In this document: piece by piece, positions 53,266-64,000 of the stretch
How positions within the stretch are numbered: the first letter of the stretch is position 1
Layout of the letters: each line of letters opens with the position of its first letter
Source of the DNA: Octopus sinensis
Taxonomy: Eukaryota
DNA: 64,000 nt
Direction: 5' to 3'
Assembly (NCBI RefSeq): GCF_006345805.1
Contig: NC_043001.1
Location: 110,608,001-110,672,000 of the forward strand
Notes under the pieces: model-generated
The model's input: the letters and a program-made list of their open reading frames with translations, nothing else
Told to the model about the DNA's origin: nothing
The model's database searches: none
Translations under genes and position numbers: made by a program

Positions 53266-53569
53266 TGTGTATAGAATAATATGCACATAAATGAATTATT
53301 ACAACACGAGATTATGTAAAAACGAATTCAATGAACATGAGGCCACTTTATAATTCACATTAACATCGTTTTCCATCTCATTCCACCTGCCGGTCGTGAA
53401 CAGTTAAACTTACACTAACATTAACCATTCTGCTGCTGTTCTCGTTATGTCTAATATCGACCAACAGGTCCATATGTATTACATGTATACAACGACCCAT
53501 ATACGTATCGGATTATTCATATTAAGCATTCATTCAAGTAGACGGTGGAGTGGGGTAGACGATCCCATC

Positions 53570-53927
53570 AACACTGGTACTTAACTAATACTTACTTCAT
53601 CGATTCACAAATAAAGATGAAATGTAGAGTCGTCCTCAGCGGAAATTGAAATCAGATCGTAAAGACAGACGAACTACCAGTAGGCTTTTCGTCCGGAGTG
53701 CTAACTTTTCCGCCACCTCACCGTCTTAAAATAATCTTTTCTACTCTAGGCACAATGACTGAAATTTAGGGGATGGCCCAGTCAATTAGATTGACGCCAG
53801 TACACAACTGGTACTTAATTTATCGACACTGAAAGGATGAAAAGCAAAGTCGACCTCGGCGGAATTTGAACTCAGAACGTAAATACAGACGAAATAGCGC
53901 TAAGCATTTCTGCCAGCTCACCGCCTT
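53570..53927 (-). mobile_element. Two adjacent family C-related SINE copies
   Basis: 53570-53728 and 53733-53927 each carry an A/B-box head and a GACTTTGCTTTTCATCC-type core; the second has a different tail. Confidence 0.75.
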
Positions 53928-54200
53928 ATATTCCGGGCTAATTCCGGGCGATTCTGTCTGCCTTTAATAAGTACAATCAAGGATCCTTTTATATTTTAAA
54001 TTATATATTATCGGTTTATCTGTTTAATTACTGCTAAAAACTTCAGTGAAACTATCATGCTTGTATTTACTGTTCCAAATGTTTGATTATGACTAGTAAA
54101 ATATGGCGTCCAACGGAATTCTCATTTTTTTTAACAGAAACAAAGAGTGAAAGAGAGGTCACATTACAATATATATATATACATATATAGATAGATAGAT

Positions 54201-54459
54201 GGCAAGTGTCTTCAACTATAACCTCGGGTCGATCATAGCCATTGGAGTTGATTTAGTAGACGGAAACTGAAAGAAGCCAGTCGTATATATATATGTGTGT
54301 GGGGGGATGTATCTCTCTTTGACCCCACCATCACTTGACAACCGATGTTGGTGTGATCATGTCCCCGTAACTAATAAGTACTAGGCTTACAAAAAATAAG
54401 TCCTGGGGTCAATTTATTCGACTAAAGACGGTGCTCTAGCATGGCCGCAGTCAAATGAC
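54201..54459 (+). mobile_element. SINE family B, 5'-truncated; followed by a C head fragment at 54487-54540 and a B fragment at 54690-54790
   Basis: GGCAAGTGTCTTC...GCATGGCCGCAGTCAAATGAC. Confidence 0.8.
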
Positions 54460-55566
54460 ATGTTACTTTTGTCAGAGTCACGTGTAAAGGTGGCGAGATG
54501 ACAGAAACGTTAGCATACCGGGCGAAATGCTTAGCCGTTTTCTATCTAATCGACGAGAACCTTCTTCCAAAATTCCGTTCCTTGTGTCTAGAGTAGAAAA
54601 GTGTCGTGTGTGTGTGTGCGCAAATATATATATATATATATATATATATAAACATCAGTATATAAATGTATATCTGCATTTGTGTGTATATATTTATGTA
54701 CTTGTGTCTGTCCCTCACCGTTGCTTGGCAACGGATGTTGGATTCTTGACTTCATCGTAACCAAATGCTTTTGGCAAAAGAGTGTGAAAGAATAAATAGC
54801 AGCCTTAAAAGAAAAATAAATATGTATTGTGTTCGATTTTTTCCGACCAAAACCCATCAAGATGTTGCCCCAGCTTGGCTGCATGCCAGCGAGTGAATCA
54901 AGTAAAAGCTAAAAAAGATAAGACAGTAATAAAGAATGTCAGTCGAAAATATCAAAAGAAAACTTCAATACATAATTATTTTTTGTTTTATTTTAAGTAC
55001 TGTAGATTTCGTTTAAACATGCGTGTTGTAGGATTATGTAAATTTCGTTGTCATTGTGTGCAAGCCAGTTATTGCAACTTAATTATTTTAAGACGAATTA
55101 AAATATTACATTCTAAATTACATTGGCTAACATTCCTAGTATTTAGATGAAATGTGATATACTTTTCCGGTGTTTTTTTCTTTTTTTATATCCTCTGACT
55201 TTATTTCCGTTCACCCAAATACCAAAGGATTATTTAGAAAATAAATCAGCTGAACTGGACACATCGATAAAACTTGTGCCCACTTCTGCTGAAATAAATC
55301 GTGAGAATTTTTTTTTCTTTTGTCACTACAGGTCAGTTCTGATCTAGCAGACCTATAAACCAAAGATTTAGAAATATATTATGCTCTGTGTCATTTATTT
55401 CTTTTGAATGTGATACAATTTCTAACAGTTTGAATAAACATGTTGTCACTCACCGATTTTCACTGAGTGGAATTTGCGGCTGTTTGAATCTGTGAATGAA
55501 ATAATGATTGCTGTATTGAGAGTTTCCAAGGTGATAGTAGAGAAATGACGTCAGAAAAATGTGACG

Positions 55567-55885
55567 TCTGCGTTGGCTGGGTCATGCCCTCCGTCTTCAA
55601 CCAGGAGAATTCAGCTAGGAAGCAATTGCCCCGGCTCCCCTTCAGGGTTGGCGAAAGCGATGTGGTGGACAACGAAAAACCTGACTGATGACAGTCAATG
55701 CTGATCTGGAACCTAACCTAGCCCCCCCCCATATCTACAGCGTTCGCCGCTGGTATAAGGAGTGGTTGGAGATCACGCGGTCGTTAGCCTCAAATCGCCA
55801 GGCCTGTTCGGCGTTTGTGAGAGATGCAGCATTGAGGATGAATGAAGCCAGCTCAACCGAACCCGGGTGAATGCTGTCAAGTATA

Positions 55886-55889
<4 letters not shown>
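55567..55889 (+). mobile_element. RTE-clade LINE 3' end (SR3/Perere-3-like motif set)
   Basis: LRWLGHALRL...GWRKRCGGQRKT*LMTVNADLEP...RRWYKEW...LASNRQACSAFVRDA...PG*, followed by CAAGTA and (TA)n. Confidence 0.82.
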
Positions 55890-55926
<37 letters not shown>

Positions 55927-58087
55927 TGTGTATATAGTTGGAATGCAGGATGATTCAGTCTGAGAGGCAGTATGCAATGTGATGCTTGTAGAAACTGAGC
56001 GAACACTGAGATAATCTGAGCCGAGCCAGTGGTTGTAGTGTGTTGATTAAGAAATCATTATTAGTCAGCTGCAGGGTTCTTATGTTGGGATGTGGTCTGT
56101 AATGAATGGTGTGTTCAACAGCAGCACTGTCCTAGTTATGTGAGCAGCATGGAAATGTGTTGAGTGGCATTTAATATTAATGTATATATATTTAAAGGAT
56201 CTGCAACTGGTTGTGATTATGGCTGATATTTTTTTGTAGCCTTGAAAATGAAATATAATATTTGGCATGTGGATTTGGCAATGTTATATAACTTAAGGCG
56301 CTATCAGAGATAGTGAGTGTGAGGTCACGCATTCGCAGTGAGTTTAAGAGATTTAGGAGTATGTTTTACATGCGTAGGCGGTAGTGAGGCAAAACTTGCC
56401 TTTGCTGGGACTAGCAAAGTAATACTGGTATTGTTGAAAGAAACGAAATTATAATTCGCATGAGGAATGTCGTGTGGGAGATATTTTTCGATGTACTTGG
56501 TGCACGCCGAATGTCAGTGTCTGTACGGAATGATGTATGCATGCAATACAAGAAAGGAGTCTGAATATTAATGTTATAGATAGAAGATTATTCAAATAAA
56601 CACAAGAAAACTTGTATTTATTCGCGAACTCTCATATTCACCAGTTTGACGGAATGTGGAATGGGTAGGTCAACCTAACAAGAAATAAACCATCCTAAAT
56701 ATAATAACTCTGTAAAACCAATAGCCATGGTGTTTTACTCTTAGGTTTATCGTGGAAGACATGGTCGAACGGCTTTCTCATTTGAAAGACATCATAGTTG
56801 TTCTCTGTGTATATGCCTGCATGATCCCCGTCGTGGGATTAATAACATTGGAGGCGAAGTATCTATTATGTTTGGCTCTATAGCTCTAGTGGAAATGTGT
56901 GGTTAATGAAAATAGGAAACAAAGCAGCAGATGAATGCGATGGAAATTGTGTAGTAAGATTATCATATTTAATTTGGTTATTTAATTACAAAATGTTGAG
57001 ACTGGCATACACTACGTCGAGTAAGAAAGATTGGAATATTTGATAATGATTCCAGCTTTCTCTTAAATACGTAAGTGAAGAGTAGAGGATAGAGTGAAGT
57101 GGTATTATTTTGACCGACAGAATTTTGGGCCTGGGCTGAGTAGAAGAGTTCCTTTTACTTAGTAAAGGGCGAAACGAACATAACATTTGTGCAGTATTGG
57201 TACGTACATGACTGAGTAATAGGAAAAGAAACATCAGTTTGTAGATTTACTGATTTCTATTTACAAAAGCATAAGAAGTGAGTCTTTGGGAAAATTTAGC
57301 AGTGTTGTTTTTTGTTTGTTTTTTTGTTAATACGCACCAAATTAGCAAAAGTATGATTTCAGATTAAGATAAGAAACGACAGATATAGGGAAAGAAGCAG
57401 AAAAAAAAGCGTAAATGATCCCCAAAATGTTCATCTTCCTTTAATCAGCTAGATATTGTACCCACATTTACAAAATCATATAATACCAGTAAAAAAAAAC
57501 AAGAGTTACATAACACAATATTACAGTTCCACATTCACTGTGCAAAGAAAATTTATACGAATGAACAAAATGTTGGAATGAAATCGATGTGATATATCTG
57601 AACAAAGCTATACCCCATCGAATGCAGTCTGGTATTTTTGTGGTGCTTACATTATCTTTAATTATTTGCAAAATAAGTCTTCCGCTTGCATTTTCATGAT
57701 GCTGTTTCAAAAATTCTTGGCTGGGATTGAAATTAAATTGAGCGATGATATAGAAGCTTCATCTTTGCAATTGAAATGAGATTCATTATTGATAGAGACT
57801 CTAACTTGAAATTATGATTTAAGTCCGGCTATGAATATTAAATATTTGTGGTCATTGAAAAGTTGTCCGTATTGCAGAATATTTGATTTTGTATACCTAC
57901 TCCAAGGATGAGTTTAATAAGAGAAATATACTCTTGAATGGGAGAGTCTGGTGGGTATTTTTTTAGCAATCCACTGGTGTTTGAGACATTTTCATTGTGG
58001 TTATTCTAGGAATAATCACTACTATCAGGTACATTGATATCTCCGTTGGAAAAAGATACATTCCATAGTGTTTGGTTATTAGTAAAA

Positions 58088-58319
58088 AGGCGGCGAGCTG
58101 GCAGAGACGTTAGCACGCCCGGCAAAATGCGTAGCCGCATTCCGTCTGCCGTTACGTTCTGAGTTCAAATTCCGTCGAGGTCGACTTTGCCTTTCATCCT
58201 TTCGGGGTCGATGAATTAAGTACCAGTTACGCACTGGGGTCGATGTATTCGACTAAATCCGTCTGTCTGTCCTTGTTTGTTCCCTCTGTGTTTATCCCCT
58301 TGTGGGCAGTAAATAAATA
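58088..58319 (+). mobile_element. SINE family C, full length
   Basis: 14-bp TSD GGTTATTAGTAAAA at 58074-58087 and 58320-58333. Confidence 0.92.
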
Positions 58320-59264
58320 GGTTATTAGTAAAATGAAATATGCCAATAGAATATTTTGTTGACTTTCAATGTTGTTTTTGGTAATTGACTCGAAGCCATT
58401 GCTAATAGAGCGGGCGAAAGATAAAGTGTTCCTGATGTCAAACACTTGGCTTGCCTTGCGAGATCTGTAGGGTTATGTTCTTTCTAGTAACCCCAGTGCC
58501 ATAATTGAGATTGTCTGTGTGGTTACTTCTATGGTCTTATGCACGAACTTTCTGCTTCAGCAAGTTTACGCTTTTGATGCGAGATTATTGTTTCTTCACG
58601 ACATACTACACCATAGTTATTAGTAAAAATATTTGTACCAATTTCATATTAATAAAAGAGCAAGTGAACACCACACACGCACAAACACACATACACGTGC
58701 ACGCATATTCACACTCACACACGTCCATAAATATTTTCTCATAAAACACATACATACATAATCATGTGTGTATGCATATGATATATAATAACTATCTAGC
58801 ACTTTCTCTCTCACTTTAAATATATGTATGTGTGTATGCGTGTAAAAGTTTTGTGCAATAATAACCAAGACAGGAAAAGAAAATAGGTTAACCCAGGGGA
58901 CACGAGATTCATAAATATTGCTATCCGGGCTATAATCGGTAAAGAAGTCGTCCGGAAGAGATAGATACACACCGTTCGAGTCTCAAGGGAATATTTGTTC
59001 TGATTTTACGCCCTATATGAAAGTCTGTCAATAACCTACGTAAATTATATTTCAAATATTTACCGTTAATATGCACACCATTTATAGCTACAGGAATACT
59101 ATGAAGATTTCAACCAAAACAAGAAGGAAGGGATCCGTTTCAGCAAGGAGATAGATTAAGAAATTAACAAGGTTGTCAGATTAATAGCCAGCTTAATGTT
59201 GAAAGAATCCCTCTTGATAAACAAAGCCTTTTTGTCATATCAAATCGTGTGCGTTTGTATGTGT

Positions 59265-59302
<38 letters not shown>

Positions 59303-60478
59303 GTAACACTAATTATAAATCGCATTCATATTTCGCCTACGTCTCACCCTTGCTATACTTCAGTCGTATTTTCAATCTTTAAATGAACCCTCGACTTTCT
59401 GAAGTTTGTATTCTAAGTTTTCTATGGAATACTATCTTTACAACGTTTGAGGAAGGAACGCTGAACATTGTCACTCTGAATTCTGAAGGAACGTACCACT
59501 GACGAACACTATATGAGCCATGAACCCCAGTATCTGTTCTTTTCAGCAAGGTCATTAGAGCTAAATCCCATATAATACAACTCAGGCCCAAAAGAAAAAC
59601 ACGCAGATGAGTTTAAAATAAACTCATGTAATGTGCAAAATAAAGCCTAGCGACAACGAAAGTCCCATCACGATTGTTCAAACATTTCTTACAACCACTT
59701 TTATAATTGTGAAACCAAAATAACAGCATCAAGAGCCACGGGCACTGGGTGTTGAAAACCAATTGGGACAACTAAAAAGGCCAAGAAGAAAACAAAAAAT
59801 AGATTTTTTCAGTTAAAGTTATGGGAATACTAAATATAAAACTGACGTCATCAACAGCGGTTTTGTTGGCTATGATGTCCACCAGTATCCTATCAAATCA
59901 TTGAGGACCCAGTGAGACTATCTTAGCTCAATCGGAAAATATCCAAAGTTTGAATGATGAAAGATGACGTGAAGATGATATGAATCTCTGTTGGTTCTGC
60001 TGTCTTTGTTAGGTATTTTTTAGCAAATCTAGATGAAATGCAAACGAAAGTTATTTATAGAGTTGCTTAGTTTAAGAAATATCAACAGCGAGTGACTTGA
60101 AATATATCACTGCCTTGCGTGCATCAAGTTTCATGTTTTAAATGTTCTGTAAATTCAGGGAACAGAACGTTTTCTGTTTTTTTATATCGAAAATGTAATA
60201 ATTTTTTTTTTCAATTTCATTTTATTCAAATGGGGATGTTCTAGATCTTTAAAAGAAAGTCAACACGAGTAAAGTTTTGATGTGTATTATTATGCAGGTT
60301 TGTCTATCTTTATGTGATGCTTCAAACATGCATTCCCCTGTTCTAAAGTCTTCATCAAACTTTTGCTTCCAATTCTTGACATACTTAATACAATATAAAA
60401 ACGCTAGTTGGCATGAGAATAGCAGAAGCAAGCACTAATTTGATAGAAATTAATGCCAAATAATTCACATAAACAAAT

Positions 60479-60802
60479 CCTGCTCGTGAAATTAACGTGC
60501 AAGTGGCTGAGTGCTCTACAGACGCGTGTACCCCTAACGTAGTTTTCGGGGAGATTTAGCGTGACACAGAGTGTGACAAGGCTTGTCCTTTGAAATACAG
60601 GTACAACAGAAACAGGAAGAAAGAATGAGAGAAAGTTGTGGTGAAAGAGTACATCAGAGTTAGCCAGCATCCCCTGCCGGAGCTTCGTGATGCTTTAGAT
60701 GTTATCGCTCAATAAACGCTCACAACACTAGGTCTGGGAATTGATACCGTGATCCTACAACCGCGAGTTCGCTGCTCTAACTACTGGGACATTGCGCCTC
60801 CA
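60479..60802 (-). mobile_element. SINE family A, 3'-truncated
   Basis: Matches family A up to CACGAGCAGG. Flanked by CACA(T/C)AAACAAAT direct repeats. Confidence 0.88.
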
Positions 60803-61495
60803 CACACAAACAAATAATATATGCTTTTGCTCTTACCTGTTTTCTTTTGTACATATTCTTTGTGAATGAATAATTCCACTTTCCTCTGATAAACTAAAGA
60901 ATTGAAATGGATTAAAATATCAAGCCATTTAATGTTTCACTGTGGCATGGAAGATATTTGGTTACTACATTTAATTTATATATTTTTTATTCATTTCTAT
61001 TTATATCGTTGTATTTACGAGTATTATAACCACCGTATATTATTTGAGGAAACATATTTCAATTAACTTAACCTGCTTTGCTGCAGGCTTTTAGAATTTG
61101 TCTTTCTTTAAGTTTCTCCTCATGTTTAAGCATTAAATAATTATGTATGGTAAAAAGAGAAAAAAATATTTTTGAACGTATTTATTTGAAAAAATGCGCT
61201 TCAAGTTATTTTTATTATTTTTGAAACCATACAAAAGCACACAGCGAATGTAATTTAATTTTAGTACTGTTTTAACTCTCAAATCAAAATGTTCGTTTGT
61301 TAAACTTTTCTATGTGAGTATAAGATTTGTTAAAATACATGAATAATTCGCTTTTCCATTATATAATAGTATACATCGTTTTTAAATGTTGCAATTTGTA
61401 TTATTTATGTTAGAAAAAGAAAATTGCCAGTTAAATAAGACAATAACATATGTATATATATATATATGTTTATAAATATATAAATAAATAAATAA

Positions 61496-61527
<32 letters not shown>

Positions 61528-61528
<1 letters not shown>

Positions 61529-61750
61529 CTCTTACTCTTTTACTTGTTTCAGTCATTTGACTGCGGCCATGCGGGTGTACCGCATTTAGTCCAGCAAATC
61601 GACCCCAGGATGTATTCTTTGTAAGCTTAGTACTCATTCTATCGGGTTCTTTTGCCGAACCGCAAAGTTACGAGGACGTAAACACACCACCATCGGTTGT
61701 CAAGCGATTTGGGGGGAGTCAAACACAGACATAAAAACTTATACACATAC
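61528..61750 (-). mobile_element. SINE family B 3' half
   Basis: Reverse complement of the B tail up to the internal microsatellite. Confidence 0.88.
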
Positions 61751-62447
61751 ATATATATACACGTATATGCATATACTTATATATATATATATTGATAGAA
61801 AGACAAATATATATCTATATATATATACATGTATATATGTATGCGTGTGTACTTCAATTTATGTATACATAAATCCCACAAACAGGGGGAATATTGTTAT
61901 CACATATTACTCGTACTTATGTAATCGATCCCAGAAAATGGAAAAAAAAGGTTTGGCAAGTCCCAAAGTAATGTCCTCCAAATTAATGCTGCCGACTTCA
62001 TGGCGAGAGGCTTCGATACCTGGATGTCCTGTAAAGACATATGAAGAACACTGGCATCTCACAAAACACCTGAGAGGAGGAGGTTCTGTGGCACGATGAA
62101 TTGAACTGATCTCTGAAGCTCGTATTTCAAGTCATTGAGGAGAAGTAACAGCGTGAAGAGGCAAAAAAATTAAAAAAAAACACATGTGAGGCGTGACTTG
62201 TTCATTGAGTCAGTAGATTCACATGCCTTGTAGATCACATAGCTGCTTGCCAGAGATCCTTTCTGAGCAAGAACAGTCAACGCCGATCTACGACGGACAG
62301 CCGAAGACGAACTCTTGTTATAAAGGGACACACGAAACAGAGAAAGGCTCACACGTAACAGAGAAAAGCACATATTCGGATACTCCATTAAAATTCCGAG
62401 GCTGATAAAATTTAAAAACACCAAAGATATTGTATGTCCATATTATA

Positions 62448-62711
62448 AAAAAAAATAATAAAAACTGTTCCTTCTCGAGCTATGCCAGGCTCATAAGGAC
62501 CGGTTTGTCGGTTTCAGTGGCGTAGAAATTCCCCATCTTGACGGTCCGTCGCTCCGTCGCAAGATTACTCATTTTTGCCATCTGGGTGGACTGGACCAAC
62601 GTGAAAATGAAGTGTTTTGCTGAAGAACACAACGCATCACCCGGTGCAGGAATCGAAACCGCAACCTTACGACCATGAGTTCAATAATACCACATAGACA
62701 CGCGCCTCCAC
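62448..62711 (-). mobile_element. tRNA-head/CORE-type SINE with a V-domain-like tail
   Basis: Head and CORE as at 18441-18770, with a different tail (...AAACCGGTCCTTATGAGCC...). TSD TATGT(C/T)CATATTATA at 62433-62447 and 62712-62726. Confidence 0.8.
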
Positions 62712-63067
62712 TATGTTCATATTATAGTGTAAGTTAATGTTTTAGATTCATTTCGAGTATCCAGGAACATTTTTCGTAATAGAACATAAATGTCTACTAC
62801 ATGTTAAACGGGGAATGTAAAGGGGAGAGAACTGTACATTGGTGCTGGAAAATGTATACGGGATTATATTCTTATCGCAACGACTTTGCATTTCGCCAAA
62901 ACGGGAGAAATGTGTCGTTGTAAATACACATGCGATTAATATACGTTCTTGAGAAGAGAGATAATTTGAACATTCTGTACCAGGGGGCACAGCATACCGA
63001 GAAAATCTATTCTAATAGCTAACTCTCAAAATTTGCATAGAATTAATTTTCTTAATGAAACGAGGAA

Positions 63068-63195
63068 AAGCAGAGAGCTGACAATCATTAGCACACCAGG
63101 CAAAATTCTTAGTGTTCTGAGTTCGAATTCCGCCGAAGCCGGAAGTGCCTTTTATCTTTTCGGGCCAGTAAAATAAATACCACTGGAGCAATGGG
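63068..63195 (+). mobile_element. Degenerate SINE family C
   Basis: GAGCTGACAATCATTAGCAC...GTTCTGAGTTCGAATTCCGCCGA...TGCCTTTTATCTTTTCGGG. Confidence 0.6.
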
Positions 63196-63423
63196 GCCCT
63201 ATGCCTATCGTAGAAAGGATTATTAAAACGGGGCACAGAACTTTCCGAATGTCCTATACGTCTATTAAAAGATTTGATTAGGTTTCTTTCTCTATGACGG
63301 AAGATTGGAAGAATCGTTAAGATGCCGGAAGAATGAATTGTCGTAATTATTTCAAGTCTTTGAAATATTATGTGAGCGCCTGTAACAACATTGTAGGTTA
63401 GCATGAGCGATCATGCTTTCCAC

Positions 63424-63555
63424 TTAGAATACATCCTTGTAGAGAAGAGGAAAACTTGGATGGATGGGCATCTGCTTGCTTTCAACAAAACCAACATGCC
63501 CAAATCTGCAATAGAAAGAGCTCTGCATGTGCAGGTGCCGAGGCATCTTTAAGCC
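63424..63555 (-). mobile_element. Small RTE LINE fragment
   Basis: FGHVGFVESKQMP...FPLLYKDV resembles the RTE GHV.RM...RP.LRYKDV motif. Confidence 0.4.
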
Positions 63556-64000
63556 ATATGTGTGTGTATGTGTGTGTGTGTGTGTATGTGTGTGTGTGTA
63601 AGGTTGCGCACGTGTGCATATAGGAAGACTGTTTTTCTTCACGGTGTACAGGAGGCTTTTGAGCAAGAACAGCTAAAATTATTTATGAAAACATTCCTTT
63701 AAAAGAAATTAATTTCAATGTGCTGATCTAGTATTTCACAACACACACATTCACACATTTATAGATGCATGTGTAATGTGTATGTATATATAGGAAAGGA
63801 TATTGAAATGTTCCTGGTTTAAAGGTGTCACGAAGGGCCTGACTCGAAGCTTTTTAATGTGACTTAGAAGAACTAAAGAACCCATAAAATGAAGGTATAA
63901 ATCTGAAGGGACAATATGTTGAATAAAATCATAATTAACTGATCCTTCTCAATTTTCTTTTACCCAAAGTCACCTCCTGGTATATCCATATATGATAGAT

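Noticed and set aside
55960-58070. Strand-biased tract with faint Penelope-like peptides on the minus strand
   Set aside because: It is too degenerate to assign by eye; it would need a translated profile search.

Overview
AT-rich, microsatellite-dense eukaryotic non-coding DNA. The SINE repertoire and the (TA)n/(GATA)n load resemble an octopod cephalopod genome; this is an inference, not a database match. I can support no intact host protein-coding gene, true tRNA/rRNA gene or CRISPR array. Nearly all listed ORFs are microsatellite or SINE read-through. The window is dominated by transposon remnants. There are three abundant tRNA-derived SINE groups, here called A/CORE-type, B (internal microsatellite) and C. 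There are also fragments of CR1-like, RTE (several lineages), HERO, Tx1/L1-like ORF1 and Penelope-like retroelements, two mariners, a Tigger/pogo remnant and a non-autonomous Helitron. The most unusual signal is the 3' UTR of a HERO retrotransposon fragment with an uninterrupted ORF (about 23999-24097, minus strand). It holds all hammerhead-ribozyme core elements with perfectly paired stems I and III, but in a non-canonical, pseudoknotted order. Other notable items are a minimal type I hammerhead at 28238-28291, a ~63-bp target-site duplication around an RTE, and visible SINE-LINE tail sharing with a covarying stem-loop. Coordinates were read by eye and may be off by a few bases.
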